The translations under genes and the position numbers were made by a program. The notes beneath the pieces are model-generated. The model saw only the letters and a list, made by a program, of their open reading frames with translations. It had not been told where the DNA came from and ran no database searches. A DNA stretch of 62,486 bases, the filler included, from Hausera hauseri (Eukaryota): assembly GCA_046269625.1 (NCBI GenBank). It is 12 parts of 12 records of this genome, joined end to end, with 100 filler letters (N's around TTAATTAATTAA, not from the genome) between each part and the next. Parts side by side here need not be neighbours in the genome. Positions count along the whole stretch, not along the records: positions 57,653 to 62,486 come from JBJURY010420254.1; 11 more parts are not named here. One strand, 5' to 3'. This document shows, in pieces, positions 61,821-62,486 of the stretch (position 1 is its first letter; every line of letters starts with the position of its first letter).

Positions 61821-62486
61821 CGAGAATCCGCAGGCGAAGATCGGGGCGAATGGCACGCCGGTCTAACTGCACCGAACGATGAACCGGTTGCCAAAAGTGG
61901 TGGTGACGTCCGCAACTGCGCACCACAAAAGTAAAAGAAATGAAGTTATTAAATGTAAATTTACGTTTCATTAGAATTAGAAATTATTAGTAATATCTTC
62001 TCTAATAATGAATGATCTATCTTTAGACAAAATCCATTTCAATGTTGAAAAAACCTTTCTACTGAAACTTTGCTAGCACGTACTACCAACACGATTCTGT
62101 TAAGTTTTCAATTAAAAGACTTTTATTTTTCAAAACTCGAACAAGTTAGTATTTACCGGCATAATTTTCATGTCATCAATATTGCCGAATAATGCAGAAA
62201 TATTTGCTATATTCTTAGTAATTGGTTGTTTCGATTTGGATGCCATATACTGAATTAAAATAGCAGTACCTGAATTATCTTCAACTATCTCATTTTTAAT
62301 TATTTGAGTATCTCGATTTTTATTTTCAAGTATTAGTAAATGTTGATATAAAAGTTCCAGATGTGATTTGGCAAATTTCTTTTCATCAAGACAGTAACTT
62401 TTGATGACTCGGATCTAAGAATACTGCAGAAACCATGGACCCGCATATTGCCAATAAGATGCTTTCTCTTTTTTCCATTGAAATAT

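Overview
AT-rich animal (invertebrate) genomic DNA. The window is not one locus: it is 12 unrelated contigs (1-4589, 4690-10132, 10233-18065, 18166-22994, 23095-28382, 28483-32728, 32829-39365, 39466-44418, 44519-49156, 49257-53277, 53378-57552, 57653-62486) joined by an artificial 100-nt spacer (44 N + TTAATTAATTAA + 44 N), so adjacency across spacers means nothing. Most of it is decayed mobile DNA: Maverick/Polinton pieces (protease, major capsid, core-type proteins, pPolB, integrase), four copies of one CsRn1-like Ty3/gypsy family, a second gypsy gag-pro family, RTE LINEs and a hAT-type transposon. Host genes or their relics are HECTD1, QDPR (39- and 44-nt introns), an EGF-repeat exon, CNOT1, an EFA6/PSD Sec7 gene, CCT1 and alpha-tubulin. 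The main leads are: (i) a decayed polyprotein-like region carrying a ubiquitin-like domain and ending in a chuvirus-type class III fusion glycoprotein; (ii) an open frame built of tandem signal peptide-TM-PPxY units; (iii) a HECTD1 with a RING finger module inserted in frame; (iv) a conserved RVxF-like integrase tail, plus repeated junctions between one gypsy family's LTR start and a second family. All homology calls come from manual motif recognition, not database searches.
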